This document shows positions 18,985-28,633 of a stretch of 64,000 nucleotides of DNA, piece after piece. Both the position numbers and the translations under genes were made by a program. The notes beneath the pieces were generated by a model. It made no database searches. It saw only the letters and a program-made list of their open reading frames with translations, and had not been told where the DNA came from. Origin of the DNA: a virus. Each line of letters opens with the position of its first letter. The stretch's first letter is position 1. The stretch is from the IMG/VR virus record IMGVR_UViG_3300042868_003730, positions 32,001-96,000 of that record, one strand, 5' to 3'.

Positions 18985-20004
18985 ATGTCCTTACTTTTCA
19001 TTGATCGCAAATTCGCCAGACTCCTCGGAGCAAGGCTTCTTAACTTTAAGGAAAAGAAGCCAGATCTTTTCACGTTCTCCCATACGTGTGAAGATCGCTC
19101 TCACAGTAAAGTCAAGGCACGCGGATACATCTACCGCCAAGAAAACTCCCTCTATGTCAAGTGCCACCATTGTAGTCTGAGCCACAAACTCTCTACATTC
19201 CTACAACAGGAATGCCCTACTCTGGCTGATGAATACCGTCTTGAGATGTATAAAGAGAAGGTTAACTCTGGTCAACTAACTCAAAGAGTTCCTGAGCGGA
19301 AAGAAGTCATCATACCTAAGGTCTCTCTTGACTCGGTTCTGGATGGATTGATAGCACTATCTACATTACCAAAGAGTCATCCTGCTGTTCTTTATGCAAA
19401 GAAAAGAGCAATCCCTGAAGAACACTACAAGAGCATTTTCTTTTGTCCGAAATTCTTTAAGTATGCAGTAAAGTATAAGGATTCCTTTGCGAAAATGAAG
19501 GAAGATTATCCTAGACTGGTCTTCCCTTATTTTGATGCAAATGGTCGTGTGTATGCCCTGACAGCAAGAGCATTCGGTAATGAAGAACCAAAGTATATCT
19601 TTCTATCTATCGATGAACGCAAGGAAAACATTTATGGAATCTGGAGAATTGATGCTAGCAAACCTATTATCGCAGTTGAGGGACAAATTGACAGTCTTTG
19701 TGTCGACAATGCCATTGCAGTGGGTGGAGCCGACTATAATTCTGCTCTTCTTCGGTCTCTTCAGTCTAATCTGATTATTGTTCCGGATAATGACTTCATA
19801 AGAAACAAACAAGTCGCTGATTCAGTTATGAAGGCTATTAAGGCTGGATATTCTGTCTCTCTTTTCCCTGCTTCATTTAGGTATAAAGATATCAATGAAG
19901 CAACGAAGAAGATGACAAAGCAAGAAATTCAAACAATCATTCTAGATAATGTAAAGCGTGGTGCTGAAGCAGAACTAGAACTTATTTTCCGCAGGAAGTG
20001 TTAA
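18985..20004 (+). CDS. 61: DNA primase (T4 gp61-like)
   Basis: Zn-binding N-terminus (KARGY, CHHC), RLVFPY, TOPRIM VEGQIDS, PDND, KDINE. Confidence 0.92.
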   Translation: MSLLFIDRKFARLLGARLLNFKEKKPDLFTFSHTCEDRSHSKVKARGYIYRQENSLYVKCHHCSLSHKLSTFLQQECPTLADEYRLEMYKEKVNSGQLTQRVPERKEVIIPKVSLDSVLDGLIALSTLPKSHPAVLYAKKRAIPEEHYKSIFFCPKFFKYAVKYKDSFAKMKEDYPRLVFPYFDANGRVYALTARAFGNEEPKYIFLSIDERKENIYGIWRIDASKPIIAVEGQIDSLCVDNAIAVGGADYNSALLRSLQSNLIIVPDNDFIRNKQVADSVMKAIKAGYSVSLFPASFRYKDINEATKKMTKQEIQTIILDNVKRGAEAELELIFRRKC

Positions 20005-20014
20005 AGGGTATAAT

Positions 20015-20389
20015 ATGAATGTAACTACGTGGGCAAAAGAATATCCATTTATCTCGGATGTATTCGATATGGTTAGTTTTGATCTTATTCGGCTGAGTAA
20101 TGATGAAGATGATATGTTGTATACTATCTTGGTACGCTATGTTATTCTCGATCAGGCACAAGAGAAAGTCACTGGTGGTGTAACTGTTCAGACTGGTATG
20201 TCTGGTTCTACGTTTCTAGAATGCGCAGAGTTGCTTGATCGTCTGGTGAATATTGGATTCTTTAATCAGGCAGTTAGTTCTTATGGTGTGGTTTATTCTG
20301 AAGATATGGAAAAACTCGATGAACTGGATTGGAATAATATCTTGTTGGTCTCTAGTACTTTGATACCAGAACATACAACTATCCAGTGA
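20015..20389 (+). CDS. hypothetical protein
   Basis: ORF in gene-dense strand. Confidence 0.6.
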   Translation: MNVTTWAKEYPFISDVFDMVSFDLIRLSNDEDDMLYTILVRYVILDQAQEKVTGGVTVQTGMSGSTFLECAELLDRLVNIGFFNQAVSSYGVVYSEDMEKLDELDWNNILLVSSTLIPEHTTIQ

Positions 20390-20427
20390 GATCTAAATAA
20401 AAACCCAACCATATTAGGAGATCAAAT

Positions 20428-20778
20428 ATGAACAGAATTGAAATAGGAAATGTCGAAAACATTATGTGTGATGGCGACGCACTTCTCAAATTGTTTAAGA
20501 GTTGTGTTGGAGATAACCTCGGTGATTTTGTTTTTGTTCTTCCAGAAGGTTCTTCTGAGTTGTCAAGAACGATGTTTGATAACTTTATCAATAACATGAA
20601 TTTTGAGTTTAAGCGTGTTTCCAAAGATATTAGAATTCATCGAACAGAAATTAAAGTTCCTGCTCCAGTAGTTGAACCAGTGATTGATGTGATCCCAGAA
20701 GTAGTTCCTGAGCCAGAACCAGAAGTAGTTCCTGAGACAGAAGTAACACCAACGCAAACACCAAAGAGAAAGAGATAA
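20428..20778 (+). CDS. hypothetical protein with Pro/Glu-rich tail
   Basis: AGGAG SD, PEVVPE repeats, late promoter at 20393. Confidence 0.6.
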   Translation: MNRIEIGNVENIMCDGDALLKLFKSCVGDNLGDFVFVLPEGSSELSRTMFDNFINNMNFEFKRVSKDIRIHRTEIKVPAPVVEPVIDVIPEVVPEPEPEVVPETEVTPTQTPKRKR

Positions 20779-20779
20779 T

Positions 20780-22564
20780 ATGATCATTGACTATAGCCGC
20801 GATTCCCTCTTTGATGTACTGGGATTACGTCGCTTAAAAGATTCTTACATGCGGGAAGATGAGACTTCTCCTCAGGATAGATTCGCATACGTCTCTAAGG
20901 CATTCGGCAGTAATGATGCCCACGCACAGAGACTCTATGATTATTCAAGCAAACATTGGCTTAGTTATTCCACACCAATCCTTTCCTTCGGAAGAAACAA
21001 GAAGGGATTGCCAATCAGCTGCTACTTGAATTACCTCGATGATACTGCAGAGGGATTGGTTGATAATCTGTCTGAAACCAACTGGCTCTCTATGATGGGT
21101 GGTGGCGTTGGTATCCACGTTGGTATTCGTGGGTCAGATGACAAGTCCGTTGGTGTGATGCCTCACTTGAAGGTATATGATGCTAGCTCGCTGGCATTTA
21201 AGCAGGGCACAACTCGTCGTGGTTCTTATGCGGCATATCTGGATATCTCTCACCCAGATATTATTCAATTCCTTGAGATGCGTAAGCCAACTGGTGATCA
21301 GAATATGCGCACTCTGAATTTGAACCACGCTATCAACATCAGTGATAAGTTTATGGATATCATTGAGCGTTGTATGCTTGACCCAGAGACTGATGATCGA
21401 TGGGATCTGGTTCAACCACACAATGGTCGAGTAGTTGAGACTGTTTCGGCAAAAGAACTGTGGATGCGTTTGCTTGAGATTCGTATGCAGACAGGAGAAC
21501 CATATATTTGGTTCAATGATACTGCTAATCGTGCACTACCAGAATATCAAAAGGCTCTTGGCCTAAAGATCAATGGTTCGAATCTTTGCTCAGAGATTGC
21601 ACTTGCTACTTCTGAAGATCGCACGGCAGTTTGCTGCTTGTCCTCAGTGAATCTTGAATACTATGATGATTGGAAAGATGATCCACAGTTCTTGTCAGAT
21701 GTTCTTGAGATGCTTGATAATGTGGTTCAGTACTTTATTCATAATGCACCAGATGAAATTGGTCGTGCTCGTTACTCAGCAATGAGAGAGCGTTCAGTTG
21801 GAGTTGGTGCTCTGGGATTCCATGCCTACCTACAGAAGAACAATATTGCCTTTGAGGGTGTTCTTGCTAAGAGTATGAACAACAAGATGTTCTCGTATAT
21901 TCGTAAGCAACTTGATGCAGCGAATGTTCGTTTGGCAGAGGAACGCGGTTCGTGTCCAGATGCTGAAGAGGCTGGAGTTAAGCAACGTCTGACTCATGTC
22001 ATGGCAGTTGCTCCTAATGCATCTAGTTCAATTATTATGGGTAATACCAGCCCAAGCATTGAGCCATATGCAGCCAATGCTTACAGACAAGATACTTCTT
22101 CCGGTGCATTCATTACCAAGAATCGTTTCCTTGATGCTATTATCAAGAAAGAAGCACAGTCGAGAAAAGATGGTTGGTATGATGAGGTCTGGGCTAATAT
22201 CATTGCTGATGATGGCTCGGTGCAGAATCTAGACTGGATGGATGAGAATACTAAGTATGTATACAAGACTTCCTTTGAGATTGACCAACGTTGGATTATT
22301 GAACACGCAGCTGATCGCCAGAATTATATCGATCAGGCTCAGAGCGTGAATCTATTCTTTAGGCCAGATGTCAACGTGAAGTATCTTCATGCTGTTCACT
22401 TTATGGCATGGAAGCATTCATTGAAGAGTCTTTACTATTGCCGTAGCACTAAGTTGCGCAAGGCAGATAAGGTTGGACAGAAGATTGTTCGCCAAAGAAT
22501 TGAAGAAGACATCGACCTACAACAAGTCGCAGAAGGCAGCAGCTGTCTTGCGTGCGAGGGATAA
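20780..22564 (+). CDS. nrdA: ribonucleotide reductase class I alpha subunit
   Basis: PISC, GSNLCSEI, VCCLSS, APNASSS, KSLYY, C-terminal CLACEG. Confidence 0.96.
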   Translation: MIIDYSRDSLFDVLGLRRLKDSYMREDETSPQDRFAYVSKAFGSNDAHAQRLYDYSSKHWLSYSTPILSFGRNKKGLPISCYLNYLDDTAEGLVDNLSETNWLSMMGGGVGIHVGIRGSDDKSVGVMPHLKVYDASSLAFKQGTTRRGSYAAYLDISHPDIIQFLEMRKPTGDQNMRTLNLNHAINISDKFMDIIERCMLDPETDDRWDLVQPHNGRVVETVSAKELWMRLLEIRMQTGEPYIWFNDTANRALPEYQKALGLKINGSNLCSEIALATSEDRTAVCCLSSVNLEYYDDWKDDPQFLSDVLEMLDNVVQYFIHNAPDEIGRARYSAMRERSVGVGALGFHAYLQKNNIAFEGVLAKSMNNKMFSYIRKQLDAANVRLAEERGSCPDAEEAGVKQRLTHVMAVAPNASSSIIMGNTSPSIEPYAANAYRQDTSSGAFITKNRFLDAIIKKEAQSRKDGWYDEVWANIIADDGSVQNLDWMDENTKYVYKTSFEIDQRWIIEHAADRQNYIDQAQSVNLFFRPDVNVKYLHAVHFMAWKHSLKSLYYCRSTKLRKADKVGQKIVRQRIEEDIDLQQVAEGSSCLACEG

Positions 22565-22565
22565 A

Positions 22566-23543
22566 ATGATTAAGAAAACTAAATTAAAACTAACTGACGA
22601 ACGTCAATTCTTCAAGCCATTCTCTTATCCATGGTGCTATGATGCGTTTATGCAATCAGAGCAAATGCATTGGTTGCCTGCAGAGGCTCCGATGTTGGAG
22701 GATGTGAAGGACTGGAAGAATAAGTTAACTGAGAATGAGAAGCGATTCTTGACTCATATCTTCCGATTTTTCACGCAGGGCGACATTGACGTCTCTGGTG
22801 CTTATGTAAAGAACTATCTACCGAACTTCCCTCAGCCAGAAGTTCGAATGATGTTGAGCAGTTTCTGCGCACGTGAGGCGATTCACGTTGCTGCCTATTC
22901 TCACTTGATTGAGACGCTAGGCATGCCAGAAACTACTTACAATGAATTCCTGCAGTATAAAGAGATGCAGGACAAGCACGATTTCATTGCTAGTTTTATT
23001 GAAGAAGACTCCGACACAATTGCTCAACAGATTGCTGTGTTCTCGGCATTTACTGAAGGTCTGCAGTTGTTTAGTTCTTTTGTTATGTTGTTGAACTTTG
23101 CTCGATTCGGTAAGATGAAAGGAATGGGTCAGATCATTGCCTGGTCTATTGCTGATGAATCTCTGCATTGTGAGTCCATGATCAAGTTGTTCCGTGAGTT
23201 TATCAAGGAGAACAAGGATATCTGGAATGATGAATTAAAATCACAAATATATACTGTAGCAGAGAAGATGGTTGAGTTAGAAGATAATTTCATTGACCTG
23301 GCATTTGGGGTTACTGAAATGGAAGGTCTAACTAAAGAAGATGTTAAGCAATATATTCGTTACATTGCTGATCGTCGTCTAATCTCTCTTGGTATGAAGG
23401 GGATTTTCAAAGTAAAGAAGAACCCTCTTCCATGGGTTGATGGCATGCTCGGTACTACTCATACAAATTTCTTTGAGAACAAGAGTACTGATTACGCCAA
23501 GGGTGCATTGACTGGCTCGTGGGAAGATGTCTGGTCAAAATAA
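22566..23543 (+). CDS. nrdB: ribonucleotide reductase class I beta subunit
   Basis: FFTQGD, REAIHVAAYS, EGLQLFSSF, DESLH, NFFE; ATG22566 preferred. Confidence 0.96.
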   Translation: MIKKTKLKLTDERQFFKPFSYPWCYDAFMQSEQMHWLPAEAPMLEDVKDWKNKLTENEKRFLTHIFRFFTQGDIDVSGAYVKNYLPNFPQPEVRMMLSSFCAREAIHVAAYSHLIETLGMPETTYNEFLQYKEMQDKHDFIASFIEEDSDTIAQQIAVFSAFTEGLQLFSSFVMLLNFARFGKMKGMGQIIAWSIADESLHCESMIKLFREFIKENKDIWNDELKSQIYTVAEKMVELEDNFIDLAFGVTEMEGLTKEDVKQYIRYIADRRLISLGMKGIFKVKKNPLPWVDGMLGTTHTNFFENKSTDYAKGALTGSWEDVWSK

Positions 23544-23554
23544 GGATAATAACA

Positions 23555-23704
23555 ATGCAGAAGATCAATTTCGAGTGTGAGAGCTGTGATGCGAAGGGAA
23601 CTATCAGATTACCTTCGGAGTGTGATGGTTATAGAATAGAGGTCTGTCCTTGTTGTGCTGGTCCATTAGATATGGACGAGGACTACGAAGATGACGAAGA
23701 ATAA
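23555..23704 (+). CDS. small Zn-ribbon protein
   Basis: CESC...CPCC, acidic tail, AGGA SD. Confidence 0.65.
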   Translation: MQKINFECESCDAKGTIRLPSECDGYRIEVCPCCAGPLDMDEDYEDDEE

Positions 23705-24110
23705 TGGCTGGCATCTACTAGACGGCACTGTTCTCGAAACTCCTCCAACTGACGCAGTAGGGTTTGTTTACCGCATAACTCGGATCTCTGATGGTAAGTT
23801 TTACATCGGTAAAAAGAAACTTACCTTCAAACGATCTAAGATGGTAAAGGGCAAAAGGAAACGATTTACTATCGATTCTGATTGGCTAACCTACTACGGC
23901 AGTTCAGAAGAACTTAAAAATGATGTCAAATCTCTCGGAGAGGATTCGTTTCTCCGAGAGATTCTCCACATGTGTACTACTTTGAGTCAATGTAATTACC
24001 TCGAGACTATGGAGATCTTTAGTAATAGGTGTCTATTACGGGAAGATTGCTACAACTCCTGGGTATCCTGTAAAATTCATAAGAAACACGTCCTTGGAAA
24101 GATGCTTTAA
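23691..24110 (+). CDS. GIY-YIG endonuclease (EndoII/Seg-like)
   Basis: GFVY...FYIGKK, YYGSS, FLREIL, E, YN. Confidence 0.8.
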   Translation: MTKNNGWHLLDGTVLETPPTDAVGFVYRITRISDGKFYIGKKKLTFKRSKMVKGKRKRFTIDSDWLTYYGSSEELKNDVKSLGEDSFLREILHMCTTLSQCNYLETMEIFSNRCLLREDCYNSWVSCKIHKKHVLGKML

Positions 24111-24116
24111 GTTTAT

Positions 24117-24145
24117 TTTACATCTATACATATATCAGGCATAAT
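24117..24145 (+). promoter_or_regulatory. early promoter of the modification operon
   Basis: TTTACA-17bp-CATAAT; GAGGT SD before ATG24172. Confidence 0.7.
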
Positions 24146-24171
24146 TACTGAATCGTAACCTGAGGTGAAAA

Positions 24172-25524
24172 ATGGTAAGAAAAATTGTAGCAAATGAAGT
24201 TTATGACTCCAAGCATCTGCTGGGGACTTTCCTTGATGAATCTAATTACGATATTCTAATTGAGGAAGATTGTGATGTTTATGCACCTGCTGGATGCGAT
24301 CTAGCAACAACAGTTGATTGTAAGCCGCAATCTGATTGCGCAGAATGCCCTAAAGGTATTTCCGAAGATAGGGTTGCTTTCAAATTCCGAAAGAACTACT
24401 TCAGCAAGGAACAGCAACAAGCAGCCTATGAAGGTCTGCGTGCTGCAGCAACTCCGACTAATAATCGTGGTACAGCAGCGGGTACTGTTCGCGTCGGTAA
24501 GGCAGGTAATCGTGAGTGGGTCACGGAATACCAGGAAGCAGTAATCAAATACTTTGCTAAACCTTATACCACTATTACTGGTGAAGATCCGCTCGAAGAA
24601 CTATTTGCTAGGAAAGAGCAGATGGCTGAACCTGGTACCATAAACACAGTATGGAGAACAGGTGCTCCGATTGTGTTTGAAGAGTGGGTCGAAGCAACCA
24701 GAAAACTACCAGCAGAAAAACAAAAGTTAGCAGCGAAAAATATCCTTGAGGATAACATCTCAGCTACTACCTACGCCAATGAAGTGCTTAGTGGAATTGC
24801 TGGTGCTTTCGGAAGAACTCCCCGAGTTCCATTCGGTCGTCTTGCTGCATACAATGAGCGCAATCCAGATATGTTTGAAAGAGGTGTGCCATTCCTGCAG
24901 ACACTTGATCGGGCATTTTCTGAACTTATGCCAGAACGCCACGGAGCGCAAAAGAACTTTGTTGATTCATTGGATGAACATTTCCGAATCGCAGATACGG
25001 TGTTCACCACACTGACTATCAATAAGACGTTCCGTACTGCTGCTCACCTTGACGCAGGTGATTATGGCCCAGGATTCTCTAATCTTCTTGTTCTTTCAAA
25101 CGATGGTGATTTCACTGGTGGTTACTTGATTCTTCCTGAGTTTAGGATTGCAGTTAATGTTCGACCTGGCGATCTGTTGCTGATTGCAAACCATACTGCG
25201 ATTCACGGAAACACTCCGATCGTTCTTGGCTCAGAAGCCAGTGAGCGTATCTCCATTGTTGCTTACGCTCGTGAAGATCTTAAGTCACTTGGTACTTGGG
25301 ACTATGAACAGACTCGAAAGAGATACGTTGACAGTTGCAGGGATAATAAAGACCACCCGCACTGGTGGGATCGTTTCACTGGGGTATGGGCAGGAATGTG
25401 GCAATCCAAAGAATGGTATGATTATTTGGTAGCTGCATTGGGTGAAGATGAGGCTCGTGCTAATGACCCAGCTATTTTTGAGATCCACAATAATGGATCA
25501 GTTGGTCTTGAGTCCTTCTTCTGA
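24172..25524 (+). CDS. TET/JBP-family 2OG-Fe(II) dioxygenase
   Basis: FTTLTIN..FRTAAHLDAGD (HxD), GGYL, HGNTPI (H), RISIVAYARE (2OG Arg). Confidence 0.85.
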   Translation: MVRKIVANEVYDSKHLLGTFLDESNYDILIEEDCDVYAPAGCDLATTVDCKPQSDCAECPKGISEDRVAFKFRKNYFSKEQQQAAYEGLRAAATPTNNRGTAAGTVRVGKAGNREWVTEYQEAVIKYFAKPYTTITGEDPLEELFARKEQMAEPGTINTVWRTGAPIVFEEWVEATRKLPAEKQKLAAKNILEDNISATTYANEVLSGIAGAFGRTPRVPFGRLAAYNERNPDMFERGVPFLQTLDRAFSELMPERHGAQKNFVDSLDEHFRIADTVFTTLTINKTFRTAAHLDAGDYGPGFSNLLVLSNDGDFTGGYLILPEFRIAVNVRPGDLLLIANHTAIHGNTPIVLGSEASERISIVAYAREDLKSLGTWDYEQTRKRYVDSCRDNKDHPHWWDRFTGVWAGMWQSKEWYDYLVAALGEDEARANDPAIFEIHNNGSVGLESFF

Positions 25525-26204
25525 TGTGTGCAGTTATTGGCGCAACAATTAAGAATCCAAGTAGCGCAGATTTTCAAACACTGAAAAGAGTATTCCACGA
25601 ATCCCGCATTCGTGGAATGCACGCTACTGGATTATCATACGTCAAGAACAATAAAATCCACACAAACAAACTTCCAGTATCTGCTGATAAGTTTCCCTTT
25701 GATTGGGATGATTATGTCAATGAAGATGGCAATCTTTATTTGGTGGGTCACTGTCGTTACTCAACTTCAGACCTGCAATATAATCAACCCATTAACAATG
25801 ATACTATATCAGTAGTTCATAATGGTGTGGTGACACAAGAGTCACCAGAGAGCTGGAAAGATAATTATGGTTATGACTGCGTAACAAAGAATGATACTGA
25901 GTTGATCCTTAAATCATTAGAGGCAGATGAATCTCCTCTTGAGCACTGGTCAGAATCATCTCTGGCTGTTTGTGAACTATGGAATGATAAGAAGATTCGG
26001 TTCTACCGAAATGGAAAGCGACCAATTTATTTTACTTCAGTCGATCGCGGAACTATAATTACTTCTACGCGAGATATTGCTATTCGCTCTGGTTTAACTA
26101 ATACCACTGAACTTCCGTATAATACATACGCCACAATTAAGAGTGATGGACTAATTATGGAACAAGTAAGTGTAAACAATAAAGACTTACAGCATACACT
26201 ATGA
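25524..26204 (+). CDS. class II glutamine amidotransferase (Ntn hydrolase)
   Basis: N-terminal MC, RG.HATG, GHCRYST, NQP, HNG, NDTE. Confidence 0.88.
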   Translation: MCAVIGATIKNPSSADFQTLKRVFHESRIRGMHATGLSYVKNNKIHTNKLPVSADKFPFDWDDYVNEDGNLYLVGHCRYSTSDLQYNQPINNDTISVVHNGVVTQESPESWKDNYGYDCVTKNDTELILKSLEADESPLEHWSESSLAVCELWNDKKIRFYRNGKRPIYFTSVDRGTIITSTRDIAIRSGLTNTTELPYNTYATIKSDGLIMEQVSVNNKDLQHTL

Positions 26205-27079
26205 CAAAATACAATCCCAGTAACTTTACGTATGGTATGGAAATAGAGTGGGGTGATGTTCCTCGCTCTTTTGCGATTCCGGATAACCTTGGGTCGTGGG
26301 AATATTCTGAACGGGATATTATAAACCTAAGAGAACCATATCAATATGTCTGCGCTGATCCTCTTGGTGAGACACCACCAGTAGGAGGTGAGATCAACAC
26401 AAAGCCAACTAAAACTTGGCAAGAGCAGGTTGCTCGATACTTTGAGTTGAAAGAATTGTTTGAGTCAAATGGATCTTCTCCTACAGTTGGTGTAACTGCT
26501 CATACGCACATTCACTGTCGTGTTCCTGGGTTGAAGGATGATATCAATGCTCTAAAGTCTTTGACGAAATATATCAAAGAAAATCAGGCAGCAGCTATTG
26601 ATCGAATCTATGGGTTCTACGAACATAATCAGATGAAGGGTGCTAAGGGTGCCAAGATGTATTTGAAGTTCGATGGTGGTCGCCCAATGCCAGATTATAT
26701 GAGCGATAACATTATCAGCAAGGCAACTGACTTCGATTCATTCATCAAGATGCACGCTGCTGGTAAAGATGGTGTATCAATGGGTAGGCCATTTAGATTT
26801 GCCATCAATATGTATGCATTGAAGCATATTGACACAGTAGAGTTTAGGTTGTTCCGTGGTACATTTGACAGAAACCAACTTGAGTCTTGTTTCCGTTTTG
26901 TTCAAGACTTTCTTGATGCTGCGTTGAACGATGGTCCAACTGTTGATGAGTTGTTCTCAAACAATAATTACAATTTCCCTCCAATGATGTGGGATCTAAA
27001 TCAATTCATTGGTTGGGAGAAAACTAAACACCCAGAAGATCGTGGTAAGAAAGTAAGGACATTCGTTGAAGTTATCTAA
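26201..27079 (+). CDS. amidoligase (COOH-NH2 ligase, Amidoligase_2-like)
   Basis: YGMEIE, GEINT, HTHIH, INM, TVEFRLFRGT. Confidence 0.8.
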   Translation: MTKYNPSNFTYGMEIEWGDVPRSFAIPDNLGSWEYSERDIINLREPYQYVCADPLGETPPVGGEINTKPTKTWQEQVARYFELKELFESNGSSPTVGVTAHTHIHCRVPGLKDDINALKSLTKYIKENQAAAIDRIYGFYEHNQMKGAKGAKMYLKFDGGRPMPDYMSDNIISKATDFDSFIKMHAAGKDGVSMGRPFRFAINMYALKHIDTVEFRLFRGTFDRNQLESCFRFVQDFLDAALNDGPTVDELFSNNNYNFPPMMWDLNQFIGWEKTKHPEDRGKKVRTFVEVI

Positions 27080-27623
27080 ATGCACACGAGATAAATTTAT
27101 CTCAAGTATTAGCACAGCGAAAGAAGATAATTTTGCTCGCACATTTGTCGCTAAGGCAGATATGCAAGAACAGTGGGATTATTGTCTCGGGTTGTTTGAT
27201 AATACAGGAGATCTTATGGCAGCAATCATTACCACAATCTCCAAAAGGAAACCATTCGTAGCCAACCTTCAATTGTTGCATACATTCGCTAAGCATAGAG
27301 GGCAGGGTGCAGCTAGGTTGCTTTGTGAGCAATCTTTACTGAATGTAAAGAATCACGGAGCTGAGTATTTCCGAGTTTCTTCTGAGATCAATGCTGTTGC
27401 ATTCTATGAGAAGATAGGTTTCAAGTTTTGGGGAAAACAAAAGAGTGGTTGCCAACTTTCGATATTCCGAATTGATGGCGGCACATTCGCTGAGGGTGAT
27501 TATGATTATTATGATTCAATGATCCATAACGCAATCCATAAAAAAGGTAAGGGTGGGTGCGTTGAACTATTTGATATTGCAAAGAATAAAGACAATGGTC
27601 TTCAAGAGTTATTCTCAGCATGA
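27066..27623 (+). CDS. GNAT acetyltransferase
   Basis: HTFAKHRGQGAARLL (motif A), AVAFYEKIGF (motif B). Confidence 0.85.
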   Translation: MKLSKCTRDKFISSISTAKEDNFARTFVAKADMQEQWDYCLGLFDNTGDLMAAIITTISKRKPFVANLQLLHTFAKHRGQGAARLLCEQSLLNVKNHGAEYFRVSSEINAVAFYEKIGFKFWGKQKSGCQLSIFRIDGGTFAEGDYDYYDSMIHNAIHKKGKGGCVELFDIAKNKDNGLQELFSA

Positions 27624-28633
27624 ATCATAAAGAACTTCCAAGAGAATCATTTATTCGTTGGTATGCCTGGTCATTAAAATATAATGATTGTGACCCAGCT
27701 GTGTGGGCAACAAATTATCTAAACAAAAGATTCGAGCATAACTCTGAACAGAAACTGTGGCTCGCGTGGTTATACGGAAACACCTATCATCTGCCTACTG
27801 CTTGGGTTCTAATGAATGAGTTTCCTGATTTTGAATTAGCAACAGTTGACCGAACTACTCAATGGAATACTGCTAACTATAAAAGATTACGTTATCAGAC
27901 AGATACAAAATGGAACAAAGGACATCTACCAGTGATGTTCAAATCCTATCAAGAATTTATAGGTGAAGGAAGTCAACATGACCGTATTGAATCATACTAT
28001 GCTGGAAATGCGAAAGAAAATTTTGATTCTTTGTGGAATGTACTTAAAGGAAACCTTCATAAGTTTGGTCGTTATTCTACTTGGTTTTATATGCAGCATC
28101 TCAAACATACTGCTAGTGTTAATGTCGAGCCTACTTCTCTCATGTTGGATGATTATGATGGTTCCCGTTCTCATCGTAATGGGTTACTTATGGCCATCGG
28201 CAGGAATAACGATTATGATAGGAAACTTAGTACAGCGGAGTATCGAGACCTTGAGTCTATTAGCATTGGAATTATCGATGAGATGAGGGATAGGTTTCCG
28301 GAGTTAAAAGATCAGATTGATTTCTTTACAATGGAAACCTGTCTGTGCTCATTTAAGAAAATCTTCAGAGAACACCATGGTCGTTATCTTGGTTACTACT
28401 TAGATCGGCAGGCTGAAGAGATTATGCAATGCGAGAAAGATGGCTGGCATGGTATTGACTGGGAAGTTCTTTGGCAAGCAAGGAATGAAACAATTGATTC
28501 GCGATTGAACAATAAGAGAGGTATTATCAAAGAAAAGTTTACTTCTTTTGTTAGAGAAGGTAAGATTGATAATCTCGAGTGGATGTTCGATGATGAAGAA
28601 TGTAGTAATGTTAGTTTGGAGAAATTCTTATGA
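27620..28633 (+). CDS. amino acid:DNA transferase (aGPT-PPlase2-like)
   Basis: DCDP, WLYGNTY, FGRYSTWFY (HhH-like), ETCLCSFKK, RYLGYYLDRQ. Confidence 0.8.
   Translation: MNHKELPRESFIRWYAWSLKYNDCDPAVWATNYLNKRFEHNSEQKLWLAWLYGNTYHLPTAWVLMNEFPDFELATVDRTTQWNTANYKRLRYQTDTKWNKGHLPVMFKSYQEFIGEGSQHDRIESYYAGNAKENFDSLWNVLKGNLHKFGRYSTWFYMQHLKHTASVNVEPTSLMLDDYDGSRSHRNGLLMAIGRNNDYDRKLSTAEYRDLESISIGIIDEMRDRFPELKDQIDFFTMETCLCSFKKIFREHHGRYLGYYLDRQAEEIMQCEKDGWHGIDWEVLWQARNETIDSRLNNKRGIIKEKFTSFVREGKIDNLEWMFDDEECSNVSLEKFL

Noticed and set aside
20780-23543. Group I intron or intein in nrdA/nrdB, given the neighbouring GIY-YIG gene
   Set aside because: Both ORFs are continuous and of normal or short length; the nuclease is free-standing
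25524-27079. GATase and amidoligase as a stand-alone peptide or cell-wall amidation module
   Set aside because: They are translationally coupled between TET/JBP and the DNA transferase/kinase, so DNA modification is more parsimonious, although not proven
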